In this document: piece by piece, positions 40,592 to 54,192 of the stretch
Layout of the letters: each line of letters begins with the position of its first letter
Numbering within the stretch: the first letter of the stretch is position 1
Notes under the pieces: generated by a model
What the model saw: the letters and a program-made list of their open reading frames with translations, nothing else
Told to the model about the DNA's origin: nothing
The model's database searches: none
Source: Octopus vulgaris
Lineage: Eukaryota
Length of the DNA: 64,000 nt
Assembly: GCA_951406725.2 (NCBI GenBank)
Contig: OX597821.1
Coordinates: forward strand, 106,454,001-106,518,000
Direction: 5' to 3'
Translations under genes and position numbers: made by a program

Positions 40592-40974
40592 GTAAGTTTG
40601 ACACTATTTCTTTAAGGCTCATATTTATAACATTAATTCTGTCTATGAAACTAAATAACATCAGAGAGATTTTTGAATCTATGGAATGAATATTTGTCCT
40701 GACTCCCTAATCTCTCAATTCAAATACTACCTAAATATACATTGCCTTTAATACTTTTAAGTTTGGCTGGTGCGCTGCCAAATATTCTCACTCTCCCAGT
40801 GTCCCTCTTGCTATATAATTTTCTCTCTCTTTCTTTCTTTCTTTTTTCTTCTTTTCTTATAGTTTTTCTCTCTTTCTTTCTCTATGTTTTCTACTGATAC
40901 CGCAATAGTGTGTACTAAGGTGATCAGAAGGATCTTAGCTCCAGGTATGAAGAATTCTAATCGAGGATCTCACA

Positions 40975-41005
<31 letters not shown>

Positions 41006-41034
41006 CTTCTTCTTCTTCTTCTTCTTCTTCTTCT

Positions 41035-41069
<35 letters not shown>

Positions 41070-41757
41070 TACTTCCACTTCCCTCTCCTCCTTCTTCCTT
41101 TCCTCTTCGCTTTATTCCTTGGTCTTATTACTAGCTGGGGCCCTTGAATATTCTAAGATGTAAGAAACCTTCACAGACCTACCATTATATTTTATATTTT
41201 AAAAAATAATTTCCGCTACTGCGAAATATATCGCTCTGAAAGCATTAATTTCATGCAGAGCAACACGTGAAATGCACCACTTGTTTCTTGTGTGTACATT
41301 ACTGTGAGATAAATTCTTGTAGTAGTGTGTTTCTAGTGGGTGTAGTTGCTGATGAAGCTTCACTGAAGCTACGTCAGTTCCTTTTCAAAATTCCTCTCTT
41401 CATTAACGCTTGTTTATGACCGGAGTGGATCAAATGAAAAGCAATAATTGACATGGTTTATTAAATCTGAATGTAATCTAACATCAATACATATGCGCGT
41501 GTGTGTGTATCTCTTTTCCTCCCTCTCTCTCTCCCTCTCTGCATGTGTGTAATTCTATTTAAATAAATATATACAATCATTTAAACACACACCTTCTATA
41601 ATTGTAGAAGTGGCTGTGTGGTGAGAAGCTTACTTCCCAACCACACGATTCCAGGTTCAGTCCCACTACATTGCACCTTGGAAAAGTGTTTTCTAGTATA
41701 GCCTCGGGTTAATGAAAGCCTTCTAAGTGGATTTGATAGATGTAAAGAAATCCGTCG

Positions 41758-41794
<37 letters not shown>

Positions 41795-41907
41795 GTTGGC
41801 CTGCTCGCTTAGCCAACGGGGTGGCGTCATTCGAAGGCTAAAACAATGCGAACGCATTGTGACCAGCGATGTGTAACAATATCTGATGGTCTGGTCGGTC
41901 ACGTGAT

Positions 41908-41949
<42 letters not shown>

Positions 41950-42454
41950 TTAATCATATCGAATGGAAAAAATAGAAATTAATAGAAATTTTCACTTCCA
42001 GTGGCCTAGCGTGTAAACATTTAGTCCAAAGACTATGTATTACTCATAAAATACAGTGTACATTTAAACACATAAAAGGAATCCACTCATGGAATTCTGT
42101 CCAATTATAGTTTACAGCAAAACCGCTGCTAAATCGTTTATGTTATTCTCATTCAAACATTAGCGTTTTACAATATTTCTATACACGGTAATATAATCTC
42201 AAACCATTTGTATCTGAACTCTTATAAACGTACGCCAAAACTCAGAAAAGTGTGTTTTTTTTTTCTTTAGAAATTTGACAATTTTACAAAGTTAGGATGT
42301 ATGGTTTGTAGAAGAGCCTGTGAGGGGTGATTTGATTTTCAGAATTGCGTTTCAAATAATTAGGCATTTTCCTCGTTCCATCGATTGTTTTCAAACAAAC
42401 GTTCGCACACACTATGCGTGTACATATTCACATATATGTATGTATGTATGTATA

Positions 42455-42686
42455 TATTTCTTTACTACCCACAAGGGGCTAAACACAGAGGGGACAAACA
42501 AGGACAGACAAACAAGGGATTAAGTCGATTACATCGACCCCAGCACGTAACTGGCACTTAATTCATCGACCCCGAAAGGATGAAAGGCAAAGTCAACCTC
42601 GGCGGAATTTGAACTCGGAACGTATCGACAGACGAAAAACGGTTACGCACTTCGCCCGGCGTACTACCGGTTCTGCCAGCTCGCCG
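42455..42686 (-). mobile_element. SINE
   Basis: Near-identical to 22445-22677. Confidence 0.8.
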
Positions 42687-43233
42687 GTATGTATATTGTA
42701 TATACATATGTGCGTGTATGTATGCATACACGCATGCGTATATATATATGCAGAAAGAGAGAGAGAAAAAGAAAGGTAGAGAGAGAGAAAGGGAGAGAGA
42801 TGTCCGCGTGTACGCGCGTGCGTTTGTAGAATAGTGTGAATATATGTCTATACATTCGAACAAATGAATTCTCTGCTTCGAAATTAATTACTATATTTAA
42901 CCCTCATTTCTATTTCTACGACAATATGTAACAGATAAACATTTATTTGTATATTAGAAGAAAAGTAGACGTTTGCTGCTATTTCTCAGAAAATGCTTTT
43001 GCTGAAGCAAAACTCTCAGATGTATTTCATATCAGCACTTGTGAATTTCTTAGAGAGAAGTCTCTCTAAGATTTATAGTATACATATATAAAGAAGTTCA
43101 AACGATTGTCATGCAAAGAAAACCAGCCTCTGTGTGTATATGTGTGTGTGTGTGTGCGTGCGAGAGTTTGTGGGCTTGTTTGTTTTTTAACTAGATGTCT
43201 GTGTGTGTATGTATGCATACACACAAATATATG

Positions 43234-43286
<53 letters not shown>

Positions 43287-43598
43287 CAGGGATGGCCACT
43301 AATTAGACATTCATTATGCTAGAAGTAGACCCCCCCCATATTCTTACCACAAAGAAAAGATTGTTCCCAAGAAAATTTACCAAACGCCAGAACGTAAACG
43401 AGCAAGACAAATGAAATGATACGTCCTGGCGTTTGCTAAATTTTCTTGAGAACAATCCTTTCTTAGTGTTAAGACCATAGGGGATCTACTTCTAGCATAA
43501 TGGATAAATCTTCAGATTTTCTGAATCTTCAGATTTTTCGATATGCTAGGCCACTGGTTTAAAACTGACACTAATGAAATTAATATTTAATTTTTCAC

Positions 43599-43753
<155 letters not shown>

Positions 43754-43768
43754 TATATTATATGTATA

Positions 43769-43811
<43 letters not shown>

Positions 43812-43962
43812 AAGTGGAGTTGTAACGTACCGCACGAGTGAACTTATATATGAAAGAAGGTTTGGAAATGCAATTTTAAAAGATGTTTATTTACTTTACC
43901 GGTTTCACTTCTTAGAAAAAATTGTCAAAAGTAACATGTAAAAGCTTGGTTGTGTTAGTTAT

Positions 43963-44232
43963 TAGTTGTCACAAAATACTACAATACATATATACATTCC
44001 GTGATAATAAGAACATGTTAAGAACAGCTTACAAGGGAAAATCTTGGGAAACTATAAAAAAGTTTAATAAGTTCATCAAAATATTGGGCACAAAACTTAC
44101 TGGTTGTCACAAAATATTACAACATACATATACATTCCGTGATAATAAGAACATGTTAAGAACAGCTTACAAGGGAAAATCTTGGGAAAATATAAAAAAG
44201 TTTAACAAGTTCATTAAAATATTGGGCACAAC
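43963..44232. repeat. Two-copy tandem repeat, 138-bp period
   Basis: gttgtcacaaaat...aatattgggcacaa starts at 43965 and again at 44103. Confidence 0.85.
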
Positions 44233-45214
44233 AGATTACAACTTATAAATACATTCTCAAGAAAATGTTAAAATTAGTTTCCAGAGGGAATTATTTAAAA
44301 GTTCAGTGGAATATTGGTATTGTATCTGTATGTATATACACACACAGAATATTATAAGTTCAAAAAAGTTTACATTTTCTTAAACTGACCTGGTTCACGA
44401 TAACATGGTTCTGTGGTAAGCAGCTTGCTTACCATTCACATGGTACCGGGCTCAGTCCCACTGCGTGGTACTTTGGGCAGGTGTCTTCTACTGTAGCCTC
44501 GGGCCGATCAAAATCTTGTCAGTGGAATTGGTAGACAGAAACTGGAAGGAGCCTGCCGTATACATATATACATATATATATACGTGTATGTGTGTGTGTG
44601 AGTGTGTGTGTGAATGTGTGCGTGTGTTTGAGCGTGTGTGTGTGTGTGCATGTAAATGTTTGCGTGGGCGTGTGTGTGAACGTGGGTTTTAACGATTTTC
44701 TACAAACGTATAGACCTCCTTCACACATATACATATACTGAAGATTTACATTTATTAACTCTAGTGATAAAAGTTGTTGATCTTAGATATAAACACCGAT
44801 AATGATCAAATCATAGCGCACACAGTACTTTATTGCATCCTATGATGAGCATTTTCTTAATATATAAGCCCTGATTACATAGAACCATTTGATGTCATTG
44901 TTATTTATATACTTCCTAGTACTTTATACACATTAGATATTGTGTATTGTCTGTCTCATGTAACCATATAAAATTGTTTTAAATAATTTACGACGTATCA
45001 TCTAATTACATTTGAACAATAATCCCTTCGTTCGGATTACATGTGGCTTATCTGAATGTTTTAGAGATATGCACAGAAATATGTTACATAAACCTATAAT
45101 TGATCATTAGAAAAACTAGTAAATTGGAAGATAATTACAGTTAACGTGGTTTACATGTTTTGTTTTAATGATGGATACACGAATAAGTTGTAAAGAAGCT
45201 GATAGTATAAAAGC

Positions 45215-45901
45215 ATGACAGTAAAAGAAAAGAAGTTTTTTGAAATGCTGAAATTTTATCAAAGATGCAATAATATTAGAGAATCAAATTTCACCGTCTC
45301 TTGACTCAAATCGCTAACTTTTAACAGAATTTGTTCAAAAATACTTTATTTACTGCTCTCTTTTAGTTGTTTTCAGTCATTTTGACTGCGGCCATGCTGG
45401 AGCACCGCTTTTTAGTCGAGCAAATCGACCCCGGACTTATTCTTTGTAAGCCTATCGTTCTCTTTAGCCAAACCGCTAAGTTACGGGGACGTAAACACAC
45501 CAGCATCGGTTCTCAAGCGATGGTGGGGAGGGAGGGATAAACATAGATACATAAATACACACATATATATAAATATATTTACGACGGGCTTCTTTCAGTT
45601 TCCGTCTATCAAATTCACTCACAAGGCTTTGGTCGGCCCGCGGCTATAGTAGAAGACTCTTGCCCAAGGTGCCACACAGTGGGACTGAACCCGGAACCAT
45701 ATAGTTGGTAAGCAAACTACTTACCACACAGCCACACTTGTGCTCTGTAAATATTTCATTATGAACCCTATTTGCCACATTGCATATTTTATGGACAGGC
45801 ACACTTTAAAATTTGATCAAATATTTGTGTATATTCAAGTAAGTTTTTTTTACCAGTGCTTCCTTTACTGTTTTTGTTTGTTGAAACTTTTACGGAAATC
45901 T
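45215..45901 (+). pseudogene. Disrupted GRL first exon V4
   Basis: MTVKEKKFFEMLKFYQRCNNIRESNFTVS*LKSLTFNRICSKILYLLL [SINE] CKYFIMNPICHIAYF...LLKLLRKS; TGA at 45302; aligns with the V5 N-terminus; absent from the ORF track. Confidence 0.8.
45360..45740 (-). mobile_element. SINE inserted in GRL pseudo-exon V4
   Basis: tgctct duplicated at 45354 and 45741; same family as 17045-17420. Confidence 0.85.
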
Positions 45902-47120
45902 TTATATATATAAAACTGAGAATGTGTGTGTGTCTGTCTGTCTGTGTGTTTCCCTAAAACTTGAGAACTACACAACCAATTTCCTTCGAATTTTACACAT
46001 GCCTTTCTTAGGGTCCGGGGAGTGTCATGGGCAAAAAATGTTCAACTTCTTGCCTATAGCAAGCCCATAGCAACATCATATCTTCTTGAACTTTTTGAAC
46101 TTCTTGCCTAGGGCGAGCCCACAACAATATCATATCTTCTCCACTACGATTCCCTAAAGCTTGAGAACTACACAACCAATTCCATTCAAATTTTACACAT
46201 GCCTTAATTAGGGTCCATATAGTTTCAGGGGCAAAAAATGTTCAACTTCTTGCCTATAGCAAGCCCATAGCAACATCATATCTTCTCCACTATTTCAGTA
46301 TTACGTGTTAAAAGTGAAACAAAAACGTTTCTCTATTTTATGTCAGATACTTTCATTTTAACAATAAAAATAATAACAATTGAATTATATGTAGGAAGTA
46401 ATAATTAAAATTAAACTAAAGTGTAATATAATCGTAACATAAAAAAAGTAAAAATAGCAATTGGTATAAAATTGCATCAATGACTTGAACTTGAATAAGT
46501 GGTTTCACATGAATGAGAATAAATTAAAACTAAAATTCGCGTGCAGAAATGGAATAGTCCAGATGGATAATAAAAAAATTAATTAAAGAAAAGACTATTT
46601 TCTAAAAAGTATACAATGTAGAAAAAAAAGAAGATTTGAACACATGGAGGAAAGCACCTTCGAAAAGTGTCTTGGTGCGACTATGAAAGATATCTAATCA
46701 GAGGCGGTAAATTCGACACAATAGAAGCAAGGTTCGAGTCAACGGAGCATGGAAGGGAATACTCGACTCGAAATTACAAAGTGGAAATATTATATCTGGG
46801 ACGTAGGACGTCCCGGGAAAAAAATTTAAATGCCCCCCCCCCCCCAGCAGTAGAAGTAGGCTGGATTGGAGCCACACTTCTATACAAGAGGGAGGACAAG
46901 ATACAATTGATCGAAATTACAAGAGACGGGCTAACAATTCCAGTCTGTGATATATTTTGAATATTGTTATCACTAGCGATATCAAGATATAACTTTGTAT
47001 TTTGTATTTTATGTGTAGATGTATATATATATAGATGTACATGTAATATGTACACATATGTATACACATATATACATGCACTAGCACTATGACCCGGCAA
47101 CGACGGGTCTTTAATGCTAA
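45902..47120 (+). mobile_element. Non-autonomous Helitron-like element truncating V4
   Basis: 5' tatatataaaactgagaa plus (TG/TCTG)n; internal ~200-bp tandem duplication; 3' hairpin gacccg-gcaacga-cgggtc (47091-47109) followed by ctaa. Confidence 0.6.
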
Positions 47121-48724
47121 TATATATATAAAAAAACATTCAAAATATTGAAATCAGGTCCTGGTTTCGTTCCTTGTCCCCTGATACGATGCTCATGGTG
47201 GAAGCATACACGGCACACTTTTTCCCAAAGCATGTGATTAGCATGTGATTAGCATGAATCCTCTTCCTACCGAAAATCTGACATGCTAACGAAGTAAAGA
47301 AAAGCACTTGTTAGAGGGGCCATGTGCCAACAGGTTTCGGGTTCTGAAAATAAGTGGTAAAGCTAATCGCTTTATGGACTTGAAACCCAGGGTAATCTCA
47401 TAGAACGGCTTATCTAGTTTTATACTATACCGCTCTGCAACTTCTTTTTCGGATTTATGATTTACCGACGATGTATATATATATGTGTGTGTATATATAT
47501 AGCGAGATGTTGATGTTATAAGTTATAATGGTGTCATTGAGACCGAAATGTGTCAGGTAATGCTGAATAGGTGCTATAGACAGACCATAGTTAAGTTCCA
47601 GATTTGGTAATATTGCGAATAAAGGGTTCAACGCTGGTTCTATCTCAACGTGTGTATATATAATTTTTTTGCGTAATGAGATAAAAAAAACCAAGGCTGT
47701 ATAGATATTAGAGCATTTATAGATAGAAGGTCTTACAGCTGTTTCTAGTATATTAATTAATAATAATATCCCTTCATCGGAGACGGTGTGAGAGGAAAAT
47801 TAAGTCATAGTTAGTTTCGATGTGATACAAATAGAGAGTGAGGTGGAAGAAAGAAAATAGATGTAAGATATGTATGGTTATTGAGTTCGTAAATCCGTTT
47901 TATAGGCATAATGGTATATAGGTGTAATATTCCAATATCCTTAGAGTAAAATCCAAAAGTCCAACAGAGTTTAATATGGGTCTATCCAGATGTAGAGTTT
48001 ATAAGCAATGTAAGATTCTCTTAAAGTTGGTCATTCACAGTAGGGAATTTATATAGAGTGTAGCAGATTCAAGGTTTGTGTTTAAACTGACCTAGAAATA
48101 GGGAGTATATGGTCAAGTTGAAAACCGGAAGACAGAATTAGCAAAAAAAGGGAGAGAGAGAAGAAGGAGTAGAAAAAGAAAGGATTAAAGAGAAAAGAAG
48201 AAAGATTAGTAAAGACAAAAAATAAAATAAAAAATAAAACCCCTGAAGGTATGAATAAAGGGAATAAGGAAAAGAAAAGAATAATTAAGATATAGGTTGG
48301 TCAGTGACAGCGGAAATAGTTTGAAAGTAGGCGCGGGGATGGAGAGAGAATGGTATTATAGTATCAATAATAGAGGATTGGTGGGATTAAGAGGTAGAGG
48401 AAGTACTAAGTATAGTAGTAGTTCTTAATTGTGAGGCAAATATATGAAGAATTAAGAATTAAGAAAATAGGAGTGTTAATTATTCTGAGAAAATATTTAT
48501 GTGAAGATGTATATACATTTATATATCAGATAAGTTACAGAAATAAGTTACAAATACAATCCTCGTGAATCATTGTTCCTATATATGCAGTTATCTATAT
48601 TTTGCATGTGTACAAATGTTTACACATACCCACGTGCATGCATACAGTCACTCGCACATATATATATAAATGCTCTATCTATACAGCCTTGGTTTTTTTA
48701 TCTCATTACGCAAAATATTCATAT

Positions 48725-48755
<31 letters not shown>

Positions 48756-48874
48756 CAAGATAAGGGCAGAAGAAAAATTCTAATGCCAGATACGCCGAAA
48801 CAAAAAATTGTCCATAACCATTAAATTTATGCGTCTCGAAACAAGCCGATAGAAATCTCTAAAAAAATTCGTTA

Positions 48875-48935
48875 TTACCGTATTGGTCCAATTTCGGGGT
48901 TAATTCACAAGAGATTTTCCCCTCTTCAGCGGCAA
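48875..48935 (-). ncRNA. Type I minimal hammerhead ribozyme (Penelope-type)
   Basis: Minus strand reads UUGCCG-CUGAAGA-GGGG(19 nt)CCCC-GAA-AUUGG-A-CCAAU-A-CGGUAA: complete core and three stems. Confidence 0.7.
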
Positions 48936-49554
48936 ACACGCGAGATATAAATGAAATACTTATTCATACCCACGGAAGAAGCAAGCACCAAGTCCCGAGC
49001 AGACTTAAGTACCCCAAATATATCTAAATAGAAAAATCTTCGGCGCACCTCGAGACACGTGTGATTCGAACTAGAAACTTTCAGAGAGTGATAGAATCCG
49101 GAAAATTTCTTGTGAATTAACCCCGAAATTGGACCAATACGGTAATAACGAATTTTTTAGAGATTTCTATCTGTTTGTGTCGAGACGCATAAATTAAATG
49201 GTTATCAACACTTTTTTGTTTCGGTGTATCTGGCATTGGAATTTTTCTTCTGCCCTTATCTTGTAAATTATGTATAAATTTAATCTTTAAAGGCATTTTT
49301 TGATATGCTGGCCATTGATGAAATTTTTTTTCCCGAAAAAAATTTTATCCTATATCAATTATAAATTTAATGGTTATGGACAACTTTTTGTTTCGGCGTA
49401 TCTGGCATTAGAATTTTTCTTCTGCCCTTATCTTGTAAATTATGTATAAATTTTACCTTTAAAGGGATTTTTTGATATGCAGGCCATTGATAAATTTTTT
49501 ATTCCCGAAAAAACTTTATCCTATATCATTTATATATATATATATAAATATATG

Positions 49555-49620
<66 letters not shown>

Positions 49621-49931
49621 AATATAATATGTAACAAATATTCGGTTCCCATGATAAAACTCCGAGTTTCGGATGTCGGGGCGGAAACCCATGCCGGCAT
49701 ATCTTTAGTTATCAGGCTACTGCAAAAAAATGCGATGAAAATGACCGTTAAAATAAAGGGATATTACTGTGTTGTTGACCGTTATTAAGACAAAAGAGCT
49801 ATTAGAATTACCACTAAGTAAGGGGACGGAGTAAAGTTAAGGGAGTAAAAATGTTCATAGTAATCGCGTAGGCGCGCATGTCCATACATAGATGCCGACG
49901 TAGGTTTCCTCCCCGTCATCCGAAACTCGGA

Positions 49932-49980
<49 letters not shown>

Positions 49981-50385
49981 ATATTTCGGAATGGTCATTT
50001 TGCCAGTTTAGCCAATAAAAACACACGCACTATATATTTGGTGTTACTTTGCTTCAGTGTTATTTATTTTTTACATTAATCTTAATCTTATTTCGGCCAG
50101 AGTTCTTTCGTCACACTCCTGTGACCGCATCAGTGGTCCTTTGTTTTCTTCTCACTTATTTGTGTCTCTCCTTACTAACCGTCAGCCATTTTGTATTTCT
50201 ATTGTATGTCTTCATTTGCGCATGCTTATATCTCTATGTGCGTTTATGTTTATTTAGTGTGTGTATGTGGGGGATGCCTGTAATATTTATTGGCTAAACT
50301 GGCAAAATGACCATTCCGAAATATAACAATATATGTTTCAACACACGACTTCACATAAAAAATCTTGCACAACAAATATTTAAAC

Positions 50386-50428
<43 letters not shown>

Positions 50429-50849
50429 TATATATATATATATATAATATTAGAAAATACCACCGTTTATCAATTCAAAATGAATAATTAAATTACACCA
50501 TCTAGAAAATTACATATAATAGAAAAGTTAAAATTAAAATAACAATTAAAAAGTAAAGATTAAGTAAATTACAAAAATAATATAATGTATATAATAGGTA
50601 TTACCTATTTCAATTTTAATTTTAACTTTTCTATTATATGTAATTTTCTAGATGGTGTAATGTAATTATTCATTTTGAATTGATAAAAGGTGCTTTTTCT
50701 AATATCTTATATACATATTATATTGTGTGGAATTTGATTTAGTATTTCTAAATTGAATTCTTTTTCCTTGTAAGTTTGGATTTTATTCCCTCAAATAATA
50801 ATTTAAAAAAATATATATATATATGTAAACAATCTTTAACTAATAGATC

Positions 50850-52740
50850 TGTTATGTTTGTTGTTCTGCTTATATCTGTGACTATGACGAGGCACTCATT
50901 ACTCATTTTTAAATCTCACGCTAATCAATGAATCTATATCCTTATTTGGAGCAAACGATACTCTTTACATGAGATATCTCATAATAGTCTGTAAGGTCAA
51001 CATTCTTCAAACTGTCATATATATCTAAGCAAAGGTTTAAATCAAAATAGCCGTTGCATACCGTTTTCTTTAAATAGAGGTGGGTACTTTTGTTTTAGTA
51101 GCAATTCTTTGAGCTATGTTAGGTGTTTGTCTCTTGTATTCACATTTTCCACAAAGTTACAATTTTTTCTGGTTAGGCAGTATGAGATATCGCTTTTTTT
51201 ATGTGTTGGGTGGCACAATTTAAAGTCCAGATATTGATGCGCGTTTGTGTGTTTATGATGTATATCAGTGGTGATGGTAGTGTCATAATTGCTATTATGT
51301 CTAGAAATGATAATCTCCTACTACTTGTCGCCTTCGTAAATTGGAGAATAGGGGTAGAATGTTGAGGAGGATATTGTATTATTCCAGGGTATCTAGATAT
51401 TTTGTCCAGATTATGAAGCAATCGTCAAAGTATCTCGTCCATGCATCTTCAATACACCTTCTAAATTCAGTGCCATAGTTTTCTTCTACTCTTTGGTAGA
51501 ATTGGTTTTCTAACTCCATTACGGAGTTCGCGTAAACGGGGGCAAATTTCGTTTCCATGGCTGTGCATGTAATTCTTTCCATCGAAAAAGAATGTATTTT
51601 TACAAGGATAAATTTGACTGCATCTACTGTAAATGACACGGTGAATTTATTGGGAATCGCCTTTATTCTTAAATCATGTGGGATGTTGATGTAAAGACTT
51701 ACTACGTCAAAAGTAAATAAAAGTGAATTCAATTCAGTTGCTGTGGGAAGTTAGGTCAAGAAGTCGATGTCATCAAGGACGAAACTAAATTTGTGAGTAC
51801 ATAATGGTTTCAAAATAATATCAATAAAATGGCTTAGACAATGGGTAGGACATGATGGACAGCTGTAATAGGTATAAGTGTTAGATCTTTCGGGTGTATT
51901 AAGTTTATTTATGTACTCACTTCATTTCTTTACTGCATGTAGGATTTCTTTTGAGCTGTGTATTTTTGGTAAGACGCAACAGATGCGGCAATAGGTGATG
52001 TAGCCTCTTTCATTATTTGCAAGGGAGTTTTAGTGATTTGGTACCAAGTTATTGGTATTCTTCATGAGGTGGGGTTCTATATTTGAAGGTATATCACAGC
52101 AGAATGTTGTGTCCTTCAATTGGTCCTAACTAAACCCTGTAGTATTCGACAGCACCTCGTTTATCTGCTTGTTTAATGATTATTATGCTATAGCTTAGAC
52201 GCGTAAGTGCAGACATTTCTGGTTTGTTAGAATTTAGCCTAACATGAGAAATTGCGTCTAACGGAAGAAATTTAGTCAGGATATCAATGAATCAGTTGAC
52301 GTAGTTATTTCTTCTTTCTGTTGGGTGAATTTTCATTTATTCCTTATTAGGGATTCATCAATCTCACTACTGTTATTAGCGAAGGATTCAACAAGTCGGA
52401 ATTTCCGACAGAATTTTTGGATATCCTTCTCTAATTCTTGGTGGTTAAATGTTGGTGTAAGCGTGAATTTCGATCCTTTCGCCAAAAGATGGAGTTCATT
52501 ATTGTCTAAATATCTTTTACATAAATTAATTATTGTAAGGTCAGTACGTTCAGTTGTTTTGGTTCTTTACTTTTTTTCCGGTATTTGTTGCCCTGGCGTT
52601 GAAAATCAGATTTTTTTCTGTTTATAATTTCTCTTACTGTGGATGTTCGTTTCATGAACCTTGCCAAGAGGATTTACTCTGCGTGCTTCAGCTTCGTTAC
52701 TATGGCAACAGTCCGGATACTCGTTTACCAGATCTCGCGC
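50850..52740 (-). mobile_element. Degenerate Penelope-like retroelement (RT region)
   Basis: FDVVSLYINIPH, TAMETKFAPVYAN, RYFDDCF and LSFLDI motifs with many stops. Confidence 0.75.
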
Positions 52741-52905
52741 ATACATACATACATACATACATACATACATACATACATACATACATGAATGCATACATAC
52801 ATACATACATACATACACACATACATACATACATACATACATACATGCATACATACATACATACATACATACATACATACACACATACATACATACATAC
52901 ATACA

Positions 52906-52935
<30 letters not shown>
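52740..52935. repeat. (CATA)n microsatellite
   Basis: Direct reading of the sequence. Confidence 0.95.
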
Positions 52936-52937
<2 letters not shown>

Positions 52938-53248
52938 CACAATCAAGAAGAATAGAGAATTCTTCATTATTAAATTTAATGACAATAATATTTTGATAAC
53001 TAAATTTTGAACATCTTTAATTCTCTGTCCTTTTCCATTATTCCTTGCTTATATACACTGTATGCTGTACGAAATCCAAGGCAAGGAACTCAGGATTCAC
53101 CTATCGAGAGAACTACCATATCATTATTCATCGTAAACTATTCTGTATGTTCCTTATCATTGGATGAGTTTATCAGATCTGGATTATATCAGAGTGCTAA
53201 TAATTTATATGCCCAGATTCCAAATCGCTATCTCTTGATGTTATATCT

Positions 53249-53285
<37 letters not shown>

Positions 53286-53814
53286 TTTGTATGTGTATAT
53301 ATTTACATACAAATTTATACATTTGTATGCACTAGTGACATATATACGAGCACTTACGCACACACCAGTAATACGCATGTATATGTATATAAATATATAC
53401 ATCCACACATACATTCGTGTACACATAAAAATGCATACGCCGACTCACAATAAGCTATATATTCATATACATACTCACATATACACTTATGCATGTACGC
53501 TTATTAGAAAGGTTTAATAAATTTTAAAACTAATCAACCAATTGAGTGTCATACTAACAGACTAAACTATAATACGTAGGTATGAATCTGTGAATGAATA
53601 TGAGAGACTCAGTTCTGAAGTGGATTGTAATATATTCATTAGAGTAAAACATATTGTCCATCACATAAAGGAGCTACAGGAAGAACTTATTCTTTGTAAA
53701 CCTAGTTCTTATTCTATCGGTCTATTTTGCCGAACCGCTAGTGTACGGGGACGTAAACACACCAGCATCAGTTGTCAAGCAATGTTAGGGAGACAAACAC
53801 AGACGCACAAACAT

Positions 53815-53845
<31 letters not shown>

Positions 53846-54078
53846 CACACACACACAAACACGCACACACACACAAAGAAAAATTTTTTTTGGCTGCTAT
53901 TTCTACTAAGTTCAGTATGTGGCAAAGTAATTTATTTTACTAAGCCCTAATTATATAATGTAAAATTTTGAATTCGCCTTAAATGGTCCTTTTACATACT
54001 GAACACTTGGTGAAATTGATTAATTAATTAATTTTACCCTCAATTGTTGATATATATATGTATATATATGTATGTATG

Positions 54079-54110
<32 letters not shown>

Positions 54111-54192
54111 CGTATGTATTTATGTATGTATATATATATATATTTATATAATGATTGAACGCCGCGCATCCATTTCCAAGTAATTTTACATA

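Noticed and set aside
43963-44232. Repeat-spacer (CRISPR-like) reading of tandem repeats
   Set aside because: It is a simple two-copy duplication with no unique spacers, in eukaryotic DNA.
45131-45146. taat(t/c)acagttaac motif upstream of V4 and V5 (57303) as a shared promoter element
   Set aside because: Short, AT-rich, at different spacing, and not clearly present before V1 or V3.
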